DNA of 64,000 nt. Origin: an uncultured Candidatus Actinomarina sp. (lineage in GTDB: Bacteria > Actinomycetota > Acidimicrobiia > Actinomarinales > Actinomarinaceae). The DNA lies in contig CACNQV010000004.1 in assembly GCA_902622665.1 (NCBI GenBank), positions 5,142 to 69,141 on the forward strand, written 5' to 3'. Within the stretch, counting starts at the first letter, position 1. Each line of letters begins with the position of its first letter. The translations under genes and the position numbers were made by a program. Positions 13,487 through 22,442 of this stretch are shown in pieces. The notes beneath the pieces were generated by a model. It did no database searches and was not told where the DNA came from. It worked only from the letters and a program-made list of their open reading frames with translations.

Positions 13487-14931
13487 TGTCTTTAAAACCT
13501 ACAATTGGTATTGAAACCCATATCGAGTTGAATACAAAAACAAAAATGTTTTGTAGGTGCGCAGTTGTTGACACTGATGAGCCAAACATAAGCTTATGTC
13601 CAACTTGTATAGGCTTACCGGGTGCTTTGCCTGTACCAAACAAAAAAGCTATAGAATTTATTACCTTACTTGCTCTTAGCACTGGGTGTGAAATAACAAG
13701 TAAAGGTATGTTTCATCGTAAGAATTATTTCTATCCTGATTTACCAAAAAACTATCAAATCTCTCAATTTGATTTACCAGTTGGACTTAATGGTGAATTG
13801 GAAATAATTATTGATGAAAATAAGGATTATATTGAAATTGAAAGAGTTCACATGGAAGAAGATACAGGCAAATCTTCACACAGTGGATCAGGAAGAATTG
13901 AATCCGCAACCAGTACTGCTCTGGATTTTAATCGTTCGGGCGTACCCTTAGTCGAGATTGTTACTAAACCAGTGATTTCATCATCAAAACAAGCTGTTGC
14001 TTATATAGAAGAGCTAAGGCAACTATCGATAGATTTAAATATTTCAGAAGGTCGTTTAGAGAAGGGGAATTTAAGATTTGATGCAAACATATCAGTAGCG
14101 CCTGAAGGTAGTACTGAACTAGGAACAAAAGTAGAGATAAAAAACATGAACTCTTTGCGATCATTAGAAAGAGCAATTGATTATGAAATACAAAGACAAA
14201 TTAAAGCGCTTGAAGAGGGAGTTGAAATTGTTCAGGAAACTAGGCATTGGGATGAAAACAAAGAAATGACTAGCACAATGAGGTCAAAAGAAGGAAGTGC
14301 CGACTATAGATATTTTTCCGATCCTGACCTTCCTGATATGCTTCTAAGTGAAGATTTTATTGCAGAAGTTGAAACACTAATGCCGCTTCTTCCAAAAGCT
14401 CAAAGAGAGGAATTAATGACAACAGGCCTTTCTTTGAGCCAGTCAAATATATTAAGTAAAAGCGATGAGTGGATTAAAAAATTGTATGTTAAAGTTTTTG
14501 ACCAAACTAAAGACTCAGTAGCTTCATACAATTGGATTACAGGGGAGCTTCAGGGACAAATGAGGAAGGCAAATATTGAAGTCCTTCCAGAATGGTTTAA
14601 TGATGACTATTTGCCAGAAATTATTGAATTAATTAAAAGTGATAAGATATCTTTTACATCTGCGAAAATTATTTTGACTGAAATCTTAACTACAGACACT
14701 ACTCCAAGTAAAGTAGCTGAGGAGAACAATCTATATCAGGAAAACGACTCTGAAAAAATTTCAGAAATGATAAATCATATTATTGAAGAGAATCAAGATA
14801 TAGTCGATAGAATTAAATCAGGTGAAGATAAACTAGTTGGTTTTCTTGTTGGGCAACTTATGAAACAATCTAATGGTTCTGTTAATCCAGGAATGGCTAA
14901 AGAATTATTGCTTAAAGAGTTAGAAGACTAA
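13486..14931 (+). CDS. gatB: Asp/Glu-tRNA amidotransferase subunit B
   Basis: IGIETHIELNTKTKMFCRC, CPTCIGLPGALP and the C-terminal GatB/YqeY domain. I placed the start at ATG 13486 (TAATG overlap with gatA); an in-frame ATG at 13477 is also possible. Confidence 0.93.
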   Translation: MSLKPTIGIETHIELNTKTKMFCRCAVVDTDEPNISLCPTCIGLPGALPVPNKKAIEFITLLALSTGCEITSKGMFHRKNYFYPDLPKNYQISQFDLPVGLNGELEIIIDENKDYIEIERVHMEEDTGKSSHSGSGRIESATSTALDFNRSGVPLVEIVTKPVISSSKQAVAYIEELRQLSIDLNISEGRLEKGNLRFDANISVAPEGSTELGTKVEIKNMNSLRSLERAIDYEIQRQIKALEEGVEIVQETRHWDENKEMTSTMRSKEGSADYRYFSDPDLPDMLLSEDFIAEVETLMPLLPKAQREELMTTGLSLSQSNILSKSDEWIKKLYVKVFDQTKDSVASYNWITGELQGQMRKANIEVLPEWFNDDYLPEIIELIKSDKISFTSAKIILTEILTTDTTPSKVAEENNLYQENDSEKISEMINHIIEENQDIVDRIKSGEDKLVGFLVGQLMKQSNGSVNPGMAKELLLKELED

Positions 14932-15373
14932 CTTGGTGTACTATCGTAGCAGATAGTAAACCTAATAACCCAGCCCCTAAATCATCATATAGAACACCGA
15001 GCTTTCCTGGGTAATCTTCTAACTGTGATACAAATTTTGGTTGTTTTAAAATATCACTTCCTCTAAACACTAGAAAACCTGCAATTAGAGGTAGCATTTC
15101 TGAAGGTGAAGCTAAAGACACTAAACTCATTCCTACAATTTCATCTAAAGTGATCCAACTTGGGTCTTCTTCAGCATAATAATCCTCCACTGAATAGAAA
15201 TAAATTAAGAGTAATGATGCAAATACAATTGATAATTCAAGTACGTTTAGATTTAAGAAATAAACTAGAACCGTGAAAATTAAAGGTGCTAAAGTTCCCC
15301 CACCTTTTTTGTTGCCAAAAATGTTTTGCCAGACTAGCCCAACACCAAATCCAGATGCCAAAAATCTTTTCAC
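14912..15373 (-). CDS. pgpA: phosphatidylglycerophosphatase A
   Basis: SGFGVG, TLDEIVGM, FRGSDILKQP and YDDLGAGLLG match the PgpA family pattern. Confidence 0.75.
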   Translation of the reverse strand: MKRFLASGFGVGLVWQNIFGNKKGGGTLAPLIFTVLVYFLNLNVLELSIVFASLLLIYFYSVEDYYAEEDPSWITLDEIVGMSLVSLASPSEMLPLIAGFLVFRGSDILKQPKFVSQLEDYPGKLGVLYDDLGAGLLGLLSATIVHQVSLLTL

Positions 15374-15435
15374 AATTGAATAATAGTATTTTTTATAGCT
15401 TCAATGATAAAAAGGACTATTATTTGTTATTAATA

Positions 15436-16353
15436 ATGGAAAAGTCAAAACTTATTTGGATGAATGGTGAGTTTGTTAATTGGGAAGATGCAACAGTTAG
15501 TGTTATGTCCCATACCTTACATTATGGTACTGGAGTTTTTGAGGGAATAAGAGCTAGGGAATGTCCAAAAGGTACTTCTATTTTTAGACTAAACGACCAT
15601 GTAAATAGATTATACAATTCCGCAAAAGCATATAACATGAATATCCCATACGATAAAGAAGTAATTACTCAAGCAATTAAAGATTCTGTACATCTAAATA
15701 ATCTAACTTCCGCATACATAAGACCTTTAGTATTTTTTGGTGAAGGCGAAATGGGACTTTTACCAAGCGACGTTCCTGTAGGTGTCTCTATTTCTGCATG
15801 GAGTTGGGGAGCTTACCTAGGAGACGAAGCTGGAAACAACGGTGTTAAGGTCTGTATCTCAAAATGGAAAAGAATCAGTCCAGAAAGTTTTATACCTACA
15901 GCAAAAGGAGTAGGTGGTTATATGAATTCAACACTTGCAAAAATTGATGCTGTAAACAATGGATATGATGATGCAATCATGTTTGGTGATGGCGATGTTG
16001 TAGCAGAAGGTAGCGGACAGAATTTATTTTTAATTAAGGATAATAAAATAACCACACCTCCTATTGAAACAGGAGCATTAGGGGGGATTACTAGAAAAAC
16101 AGTTATTGAAATAGCTAATAATTTAAATTTTGAAGTAACTGAGCAAAATATTTCTAAAGAAGACTTACTAAATGCTGATGAGCTTTTCTTTACTGGAACT
16201 GCTACAGAGGTTATTGGTGTTGTATCTGTTGACAATAGTAATATTGGAGATGGTTCACCTGGGGATATTACAAACGCAATTAGAAAAAAATACCTCGAAA
16301 TTGTAAATGGAAATGATGCTAATTCTGATAATTATTTAACATTAGTTAAGTGA
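15436..16353 (+). CDS. ilvE: branched-chain amino acid aminotransferase
   Basis: IWMNGEFVNWEDA, HYGTGVFEGIRA and FTGTATEV. I placed the start at ATG 15436 because the upstream extension in the ORF track overlaps pgpA and looks non-coding. Confidence 0.9.
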   Translation: MEKSKLIWMNGEFVNWEDATVSVMSHTLHYGTGVFEGIRARECPKGTSIFRLNDHVNRLYNSAKAYNMNIPYDKEVITQAIKDSVHLNNLTSAYIRPLVFFGEGEMGLLPSDVPVGVSISAWSWGAYLGDEAGNNGVKVCISKWKRISPESFIPTAKGVGGYMNSTLAKIDAVNNGYDDAIMFGDGDVVAEGSGQNLFLIKDNKITTPPIETGALGGITRKTVIEIANNLNFEVTEQNISKEDLLNADELFFTGTATEVIGVVSVDNSNIGDGSPGDITNAIRKKYLEIVNGNDANSDNYLTLVK

Positions 16354-16760
16354 GCCAGCAACCAAATTTAGAAGAAACAAATTATAAATTACAGACACTA
16401 TCTGACCTGCCTGTTCCAAGATCGCAAGGAAAAAAAGACCCAAATAGTACACTAAAACATCCATACGAAAAAGTTTTCTCAATACCAAGTCCTGATAGTG
16501 GTTATGCTTTAAAATTAATAAAAAAATATGAACATCTTTGGAGTTCTCACCATAAGAAAAAGTTAATCACAAAAATTATTTCAAATTTAGTAATTTATCA
16601 GGCATCTTTGGTTGGAAGAGGTCCTACTAAAAGTGACATAGAAAAAGTCTTAAAAGTATTAGAGATAAGCGAAACCTCTCTTGGTTTGCTCACTAAAGAC
16701 AATCTTTTAATAGCTGGTAAAGAAACAATAAAAGGTTTACATTTATCTGAATTATTTTAA
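16350..16760 (+). CDS. hypothetical protein
   Basis: 136 aa. The GTG start forms a GTGA overlap with the ilvE stop. No recognisable motif. Confidence 0.4.
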   Translation: MSQQPNLEETNYKLQTLSDLPVPRSQGKKDPNSTLKHPYEKVFSIPSPDSGYALKLIKKYEHLWSSHHKKKLITKIISNLVIYQASLVGRGPTKSDIEKVLKVLEISETSLGLLTKDNLLIAGKETIKGLHLSELF

Positions 16761-16801
16761 CTATTGATGCTGATAATTTATAAAACTTTTACACTTGAAT
16801 A

Positions 16802-17578
16802 ATGAAGATTGTTAGAGCTAAGTTTGAAGGCGAAATCTTTTATGGTGAACTTACCGAAGAAGGTATTACTCGCTACGAAGGCTCACCCCTCGTCGTATGG
16901 GAACCTACTGAAGAAAAGTATAGTATTGACGAAATTCAGTTATTAGCACCTGTTTTACCAAGTAAAGTTACAGCTGTTGCTAAAAATTATGAAAAACATG
17001 CAGTAGAGTTGGGGGTTCATGATTATACGGCACCAAATAATCCTGTATTTTTTAACAAACCGTCAACATCTGTAATTGGCACAGGTGAGTCAATAATATA
17101 TCCACCAATAGGTCAACACGTAGATCATGAAGCTGAATTGGCGATAGTGATTGGAAAACTTAGTAAAAACCTAACTCTAGACAATTGGATGGAAAGTGTC
17201 CTCGGGTTTACTATTGCAAATGATTTATCAGAGAGAGTTTTGCAAGGTCAAGATGGAACATTCAATGGTAATTTTACAAGAGCTAAAAGTTTTGATACTT
17301 TTTGTCCTTTAGGTCCAGTAATACAAACTAATTTTGAGCAGAATCCAGAATTGGGAATTAAATGCTTCGTAAATGATGAATTAAAACAAGATGGAAATAC
17401 TAGAGATATGATCTTTAGTGTTGGCGAAATCTTAGAGTTTGTTTCTTCAATTATGACTCTATTGCCAGGAGACGTTATTCTCACAGGAACTCCTGAAGGA
17501 GTCTCTAAAGTTCAGCCAGGTGATGAAATAAAAATAGAGATAGACACTATTGGTACTTTGATAAACCCAGTCAAATAA
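16802..17578 (+). CDS. fumarylacetoacetate hydrolase (FAH) family protein
   Basis: DHEAELAIVIGK, ANDLSER and GDVILTGTPEGV are hallmarks of the FAH/HpcE family. Confidence 0.85.
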   Translation: MKIVRAKFEGEIFYGELTEEGITRYEGSPLVVWEPTEEKYSIDEIQLLAPVLPSKVTAVAKNYEKHAVELGVHDYTAPNNPVFFNKPSTSVIGTGESIIYPPIGQHVDHEAELAIVIGKLSKNLTLDNWMESVLGFTIANDLSERVLQGQDGTFNGNFTRAKSFDTFCPLGPVIQTNFEQNPELGIKCFVNDELKQDGNTRDMIFSVGEILEFVSSIMTLLPGDVILTGTPEGVSKVQPGDEIKIEIDTIGTLINPVK

Positions 17579-17579
17579 T

Positions 17580-18890
17580 ATGAAATTAAGAATTGCTCCA
17601 TCTCCAACTGGCAGTCTTCATATTGGAAATGCAAGAACTGCCTTATTTAACTGGCTATACGCTAGAGCGAACGGAGGAACTTTTGTTGTAAGGATTGATG
17701 ACACAGATGTGGAGCGAAGCACGAATGAATTTCAGCAAAATATTTTAGAAAGTCTCAGATGGTTAGGCCTTGATTGGGATGAAGGTGTTGAAGTTGGTGG
17801 AGAGCATGGAGACTATAAACAATCTTCGAGATTCGATAGATACAGAGAAACAGCAAATGCACTTTTAAAAAATGGTCTTGCATACGAAGATGACGGAGCG
17901 ATAAGATTTAAAGTGCCCACTGAAAGAACAATAAAATTTAAAGATTTTGTTCGTGGAGACATGTCATTTGAAACTTCTGATGTTGAAGATTTTGTCATAC
18001 TAAGATCTGATAATACACCCACGTATCATCTTGCCTCTACAGTTGATGATATAGACTATGGCATAACAATAATTGCAAGGGGAGAAGATATACTCTCATC
18101 AACTCCAAAACATATTTTAATTATGGAGGCTCTAGATGCTTCAATACCAAACTTTTGCCATTTACCCTTATTATTTGGTCCAGATGGGAAAAAATTAAGC
18201 AAAAGACATGGGGATACATCAGTTGAGGCATTCCGTAAAAAAGGTATTTTAAACGAAGCAATGTTTAATTACCTATGTCTACTTGGCTGGTCACCAGGTG
18301 ATGATATTGAATTATTTGATAGTGATCTTGCTATTAGCAAGTTTGATTTGAATCAAGTTCTTCCAAATGCAGCAACTTTTGATGAGAAAAAACTCCTTTG
18401 GTTAAATGGACAATATATAAGGTCAACTGCGCCGAATAGGTTTGAAAAGGATTCATTGCACAGCATTGAGGCTCATCTTGGTAGAGAATTATTTGATGAA
18501 GAAAAGAATAGATTATTGAAAATTTTTCCTTCTGTACAGGAAAGAATCGAGACAATGAACGATCTTTTTGGCCAAGTCCAATTTTTAATTGATGAACCAT
18601 TTATTTTAAACAAAGAAGACTGGGAGTCTGTTAATTCTGAGGATGCGCAAAAATATCTAGACGCGATCAGGAATAGGTTTATTTCATTAGATGACTTTAA
18701 TTTAAATATTATTGAGGATACTATGAGAGCGACTTTAGAAGAACTAGATATAAAAACTAAAGTAGGTTTTCAGTCTACAAGAGTAGCTGTAACTGGCACA
18801 AAGATTAGTCCACCATTGTTTGAGTCAATATTTGCACTCGGTAAAGAGACAACTATTGCCAGATTGGCAGAAAGTATCGAAAAATTATAA
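17580..18890 (+). CDS. gltX: glutamate--tRNA ligase
   Basis: The HIGH motif (SLHIGNARTALFNW), KLSKR (KMSKS) and the C-terminal RVAVTGTKISPPLFESI. 436 aa. Confidence 0.92.
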   Translation: MKLRIAPSPTGSLHIGNARTALFNWLYARANGGTFVVRIDDTDVERSTNEFQQNILESLRWLGLDWDEGVEVGGEHGDYKQSSRFDRYRETANALLKNGLAYEDDGAIRFKVPTERTIKFKDFVRGDMSFETSDVEDFVILRSDNTPTYHLASTVDDIDYGITIIARGEDILSSTPKHILIMEALDASIPNFCHLPLLFGPDGKKLSKRHGDTSVEAFRKKGILNEAMFNYLCLLGWSPGDDIELFDSDLAISKFDLNQVLPNAATFDEKKLLWLNGQYIRSTAPNRFEKDSLHSIEAHLGRELFDEEKNRLLKIFPSVQERIETMNDLFGQVQFLIDEPFILNKEDWESVNSEDAQKYLDAIRNRFISLDDFNLNIIEDTMRATLEELDIKTKVGFQSTRVAVTGTKISPPLFESIFALGKETTIARLAESIEKL

Positions 18891-18929
18891 CAACTAATAA
18901 CTAAAATACTTTATTCTTAATATTTATAC

Positions 18930-19002
18930 GGCCCCGTCGTCCAGAGGCCTAGGACGCTGGGTTTTCAACCCAGAAACGCCGGTTCGAATCCGGTCGGGGC
19001 TG
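18930..19002 (+). tRNA. tRNA-Glu (anticodon UUC)
   Basis: Manual cloverleaf: acceptor GGCCCCG/CGGGGCT, D arm GTCC..GGAC, anticodon stem CTGGG/CCCAG with loop TTTTCAA, T arm GCCGG-TTCGAAT-CCGGT. No encoded CCA. Confidence 0.9.
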
Positions 19003-19009
19003 CTACCTT

Positions 19010-19081
19010 TCGGGGATGGTGTAATTGGCAACACAATGGGTTCTGGTCCCATCGTTGAGGGTTCAAGTCCTTCTCCCCGAG
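19010..19081 (+). tRNA. tRNA-Gln (anticodon CUG)
   Basis: Manual cloverleaf: acceptor TCGGGGA/TCCCCGA, D arm GTGT..ACAC, anticodon stem ATGGG/CCCAT with loop TTCTGGT, T arm GAGGG-TTCAAGT-CCTTC. Confidence 0.88.
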
Positions 19082-19085
19082 CAGA

Positions 19086-19158
19086 GGCCCCGTCGTCTAG
19101 AGGCCTAGGACGCTGCCCTCTCAAGGCAGAAACGCCGGTTCAAATCCGGTCGGGGCTG
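19086..19158 (+). tRNA. tRNA-Glu (anticodon CUC)
   Basis: Near-copy of the first tRNA-Glu. Anticodon stem CTGCC/GGCAG with loop CTCTCAA, T loop TTCAAAT. Confidence 0.9.
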
Positions 19159-19763
19159 CTAAATTTTAGCTTTTTAAACCATCTTGGTTGATTAAGTAAA
19201 AATTTTTGATAATCACTATCGTCATCTATTTCAAAAGTAAATTCAGCACTATATATTTGTTTATATTCATATTTATTTTCTTGAAGATATTTTGTGTGTT
19301 TATCAAAACTTTTAATTCCAAATCTAAATCCATCAAAATCGACACTTCCAGCTATAAATGGAGTACCACTATCTTTACTTTTTGCTATTAATATTTCACT
19401 TCCTTCAATTTCTTTACTAATGGTTTTAGCAAAATATTTTGTTATATATGGCAAATCTGAATGGCATATCATCCAAAATTGGTAGTTTTTAAATTTTTTA
19501 GAAAATTCTATAACTTCTTTATTCAAGTCAAATAATTTCGTACTGAAAAAATTTAAACCTAGTTGGTTTGCTAAATCTTTTATTTTCAAATCATTTGAAA
19601 TAAAGAATATATCGGTGTCTTTTTCTTTAAAACAAGTAGCTAAATTTTTTATAAGGCCTAGCTGTAAGGCAATCCTTTGGTTTAAATTTATTGTTGAAGC
19701 CAGTCTTGACATTGGTTCTTCAAGGTTTTTTATTGGTATACCTATAATTTTTTTTCTATTCAT
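19140..19763 (-). CDS. cofC: 2-phospho-L-lactate / phosphoenolpyruvate guanylyltransferase (F420 biosynthesis, CofC/FbiD-like)
   Basis: 207 aa. IGIPIKNLEEPMSRL, ICHSDLPYIT, SKDSGTPFIAG, FGIKSFDKH and FEIDDDSDY follow the CofC/FbiD motif order as I recall it from mycobacterial FbiD. The last 19 nt overlap tRNA-Glu(CUC) on the opposite strand. Confidence 0.6.
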   Translation of the reverse strand: MNRKKIIGIPIKNLEEPMSRLASTINLNQRIALQLGLIKNLATCFKEKDTDIFFISNDLKIKDLANQLGLNFFSTKLFDLNKEVIEFSKKFKNYQFWMICHSDLPYITKYFAKTISKEIEGSEILIAKSKDSGTPFIAGSVDFDGFRFGIKSFDKHTKYLQENKYEYKQIYSAEFTFEIDDDSDYQKFLLNQPRWFKKLKFSSPDRI

Positions 19764-19807
19764 ATTCTTAAATTTGTTATACCATGCTATTAAAGTATTT
19801 AATCAAT

Positions 19808-21205
19808 ATGGATAGAAAAACAAAAATAATTGCAACAGTTGGTCCGAGCCTATCAAGCGAATCAAAAATTAATAAAATAATAGATGCAGGAGCAAATGTG
19901 TTAAGAATAAACTTTTCTCACGGCACACTTGAGGATCATGAAAATGTAATTTCCTGGGCCAGAAAATCCAATAAGCAAGTTGCCATAATGCAAGATATTC
20001 AAGGGCCAAAAATTCGAACTGGCCTTTCATCAGAAAATACTTTTCTAGAAAAAAGTAAAAAAGTTTCTTTAACAAATATTGAAACTGAATCAAACAGTGA
20101 AATTGTATTTATTAACTATGAACATTTATTGAGAGATGTAAATGTTGAAGACAGGGTTTTCATTGATGATGGACAAATTGTACTTAAAGTGGTTGAAAAA
20201 GAAAATGATAAATTAGAAGCATTAATCTTAATTGGTGGTGAGCTTAGAAATAATCAGGGTGTTGCATTTCCAGACTCTAACCTTTCAGTCTCAGCAATAA
20301 CCAGCAAAGATAAAGAAGATTTAAAGTTTGGAATAGAACAGGATATTGATTTTGTTGCAGTTTCATTTGTAAGAAATGCAAGTGATATTAATGTTGTTAA
20401 AGAAATTATTCCAAAAGATATAAAAGTTATAGCAAAAATAGAATTAAAAACCGCTTTAGACAATATTAATGAAATCTTAGACGTTGCAGATGGAGTTATG
20501 GTAGCAAGGGGAGACCTTGGAGTTCAGCTTCCACTTGAGCAAGTTCCTTTTGTGCAGAAGCAAATTTTAGATGCTGCTAACAAAAAAGGAAAAATATCAA
20601 TAACTGCTACTGAAATGCTTCAGTCGATGAAAACCTCTTACAGGCCTACAAGAGCTGAGGTTACAGATATTACCAATGCAATACTTGAAGGTTCAGATGC
20701 AGTGATGCTGTCCGCAGAGACTTCAATCGGCGATAATCCAAACAGAGTAGTTGAAGTAATGTCAATAATTTGTAAAGAAACAGATTCTAGAAATGATACC
20801 TCTTCATTGCTTTCCAAAGAAGATTCAAAAGAGGATTCAATAACTACAACTTTAGCTCGGGCTGCGGTTCAGGTTGCAAATGAAATAGAAGCCATTTCAA
20901 TAATTGCTTTCACTGAAACAGGTAGAACACCTTTGTTAATTTCTAACTTTAGACCAAGAGCAGAAATTATTGCTTTTTCAACCAAGGAGAAAACATTGAA
21001 TCAGATGAATTTACTTTGGGGTGTATATCAATATCCAATGGAGCGAAAAGAGACTTTTTCAGAAATGTTAAAATCTGCAAATGATTTTCTGATTGGTGAA
21101 AAAAAATATAATAAAGGTGATAAAGTAGTCGTTGTTGCTGGAACACCCCCTAATATTGAGGCTGCAACAAATTTGATAAGAGTTCATGAAATTGGAGTTC
21201 TTTAG
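19808..21205 (+). CDS. pyk: pyruvate kinase
   Basis: KTKIIATVGPS, NFSHG, MVARGDLGV and SAETS. I placed the start at ATG 19808 (MDRKTKII). Confidence 0.92.
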   Translation: MDRKTKIIATVGPSLSSESKINKIIDAGANVLRINFSHGTLEDHENVISWARKSNKQVAIMQDIQGPKIRTGLSSENTFLEKSKKVSLTNIETESNSEIVFINYEHLLRDVNVEDRVFIDDGQIVLKVVEKENDKLEALILIGGELRNNQGVAFPDSNLSVSAITSKDKEDLKFGIEQDIDFVAVSFVRNASDINVVKEIIPKDIKVIAKIELKTALDNINEILDVADGVMVARGDLGVQLPLEQVPFVQKQILDAANKKGKISITATEMLQSMKTSYRPTRAEVTDITNAILEGSDAVMLSAETSIGDNPNRVVEVMSIICKETDSRNDTSSLLSKEDSKEDSITTTLARAAVQVANEIEAISIIAFTETGRTPLLISNFRPRAEIIAFSTKEKTLNQMNLLWGVYQYPMERKETFSEMLKSANDFLIGEKKYNKGDKVVVVAGTPPNIEAATNLIRVHEIGVL

Positions 21206-21504
21206 TGGGACAAGTTATTGAAGTTAAAAGTACAAAGTTAAACAAGACTATTATTTTTGATTTAAATAGGTCTGTTTCAGGTCAAGAAGGAATGACATTT
21301 CACAATATCTCAGAAGCTTCATTAATACCCGATGTAAGTGGTCAGTTAGCTTTAAAGCTGTTTCAAGAGACAAGGGATATAGATACAATTTTTATTCAAT
21401 CTAATATCGTAACCGTGAACTTTAAAAGAAATTTAGGTTCTGATATATCTGACGTTGAAGAAACTCTTAAAAACTTCTTTGTTTTTTACGGTGAAGAAGA
21501 ATGA
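21205..21504 (+). CDS. Nfu N-terminal-domain-like small protein
   Basis: 99 aa. The pattern (...SGQLALKLFQETRDIDTIFIQSNIVTVNFK...) resembles the Nfu_N scaffold domain. GTG start abutting the pyk stop. Confidence 0.45.
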   Translation: MGQVIEVKSTKLNKTIIFDLNRSVSGQEGMTFHNISEASLIPDVSGQLALKLFQETRDIDTIFIQSNIVTVNFKRNLGSDISDVEETLKNFFVFYGEEE

Positions 21505-22442
21505 AAATAGGTGTTACTGGTGCATCAGGTTTTATTGGTAGGAAACTTTGTAAAGCTTTAAGTGAATCTGATTTTGAAGTTTATAAATTTGTAAGAAGAG
21601 ATCCTAAAAATGATAATGAAATTTTTTGGAAACCTTCTAAAAAAGAAATTGACCAAGAAAAATTTGAATCACTTGATGCAATAATACATTTAGCTGGAGA
21701 AAGTATTGCACCAAAAGATATTTTTGGATTTCTTCCTTTTGCTGGAGGAAGATGGAGTAAGGAACGAAAATCCAGAATTTACTGGTCAAGAAAATGGGCC
21801 TCTGAAACATTTATTCATGCATATCAATCATCTAAAAATCATCCAAATGTATTCATAACTGCATCTGGAAATGATGTATATGGAGACCATGGTGATGAGG
21901 TAGTTACAGAGGAGACTCCGTATAAGCGTGGGCAATATTTACAACTTGTTGTTGAAGAAGCTTGGGAAGGACCTTTGGATGAGATAAAAAAGCTAGGTGT
22001 AAGAGTTGTAATGTGTCGAGCGGGCATTGTTTTAGGAAGAGGGAATGTAGCAACTCAAATTTTTACATTAGTTTCCAAGTTAAATTTATCTGGTCCTATT
22101 GGAAAAGGAGAACAATATTTTTCTTGGATATCAGTCAATGATCTTGTCTCTGCATATATTTTTTGTTTAAATAACTCAGATATTAGTGGTCCAGTTAATT
22201 GCACTGCCCCAGAACCGCTTCAACAAAAAGAATTTGCGAGAATTATTGCTAAAACAATGAATAAAAAATACTTTGCTCCTCCATTACCTCCAATAATAAT
22301 GCGAATAGCTGTTGGTTGGGAACTAGGTGAGCAATTAGGATTAAATAGTATAAGAGCAATTCCTAAAAAATTACTTGAAAAAGGATTTGTTTTTAAAAAT
22401 ACAACTCTAGATACTATGAAAGAGGACTTTATTAATGAGTAG
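21501..22442 (+). CDS. TIGR01777/YfcH-type NAD-dependent epimerase family protein
   Basis: KIGVTGASGFIGRKL Rossmann motif, HLAGESIA...RWSKERKSRIYWSR, and a C-terminal DUF1731-like region. Confidence 0.75.
   Translation: MKIGVTGASGFIGRKLCKALSESDFEVYKFVRRDPKNDNEIFWKPSKKEIDQEKFESLDAIIHLAGESIAPKDIFGFLPFAGGRWSKERKSRIYWSRKWASETFIHAYQSSKNHPNVFITASGNDVYGDHGDEVVTEETPYKRGQYLQLVVEEAWEGPLDEIKKLGVRVVMCRAGIVLGRGNVATQIFTLVSKLNLSGPIGKGEQYFSWISVNDLVSAYIFCLNNSDISGPVNCTAPEPLQQKEFARIIAKTMNKKYFAPPLPPIIMRIAVGWELGEQLGLNSIRAIPKKLLEKGFVFKNTTLDTMKEDFINE

Noticed and set aside
15286-15435. N-terminal 50-aa extension of ilvE given in the ORF track
   Set aside because: The extension overlaps the pgpA coding region on the other strand and has no aminotransferase similarity. 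ATG 15436 gives the canonical IlvE N-terminus.
17580-18890. Short (436-aa) GluRS as a truncated or aberrant synthetase
   Set aside because: The HIGH and KMSKS motifs and the usual C-terminal end are present. The shortening looks like distributed loop loss, consistent with general genome streamlining.
18924-19124. 66-aa minus-strand ORF in the supplied track
   Set aside because: It lies entirely antisense to the three tRNA genes. Its Arg/Pro/Gly-rich repetitive translation is just the reverse complement of tRNA stems.
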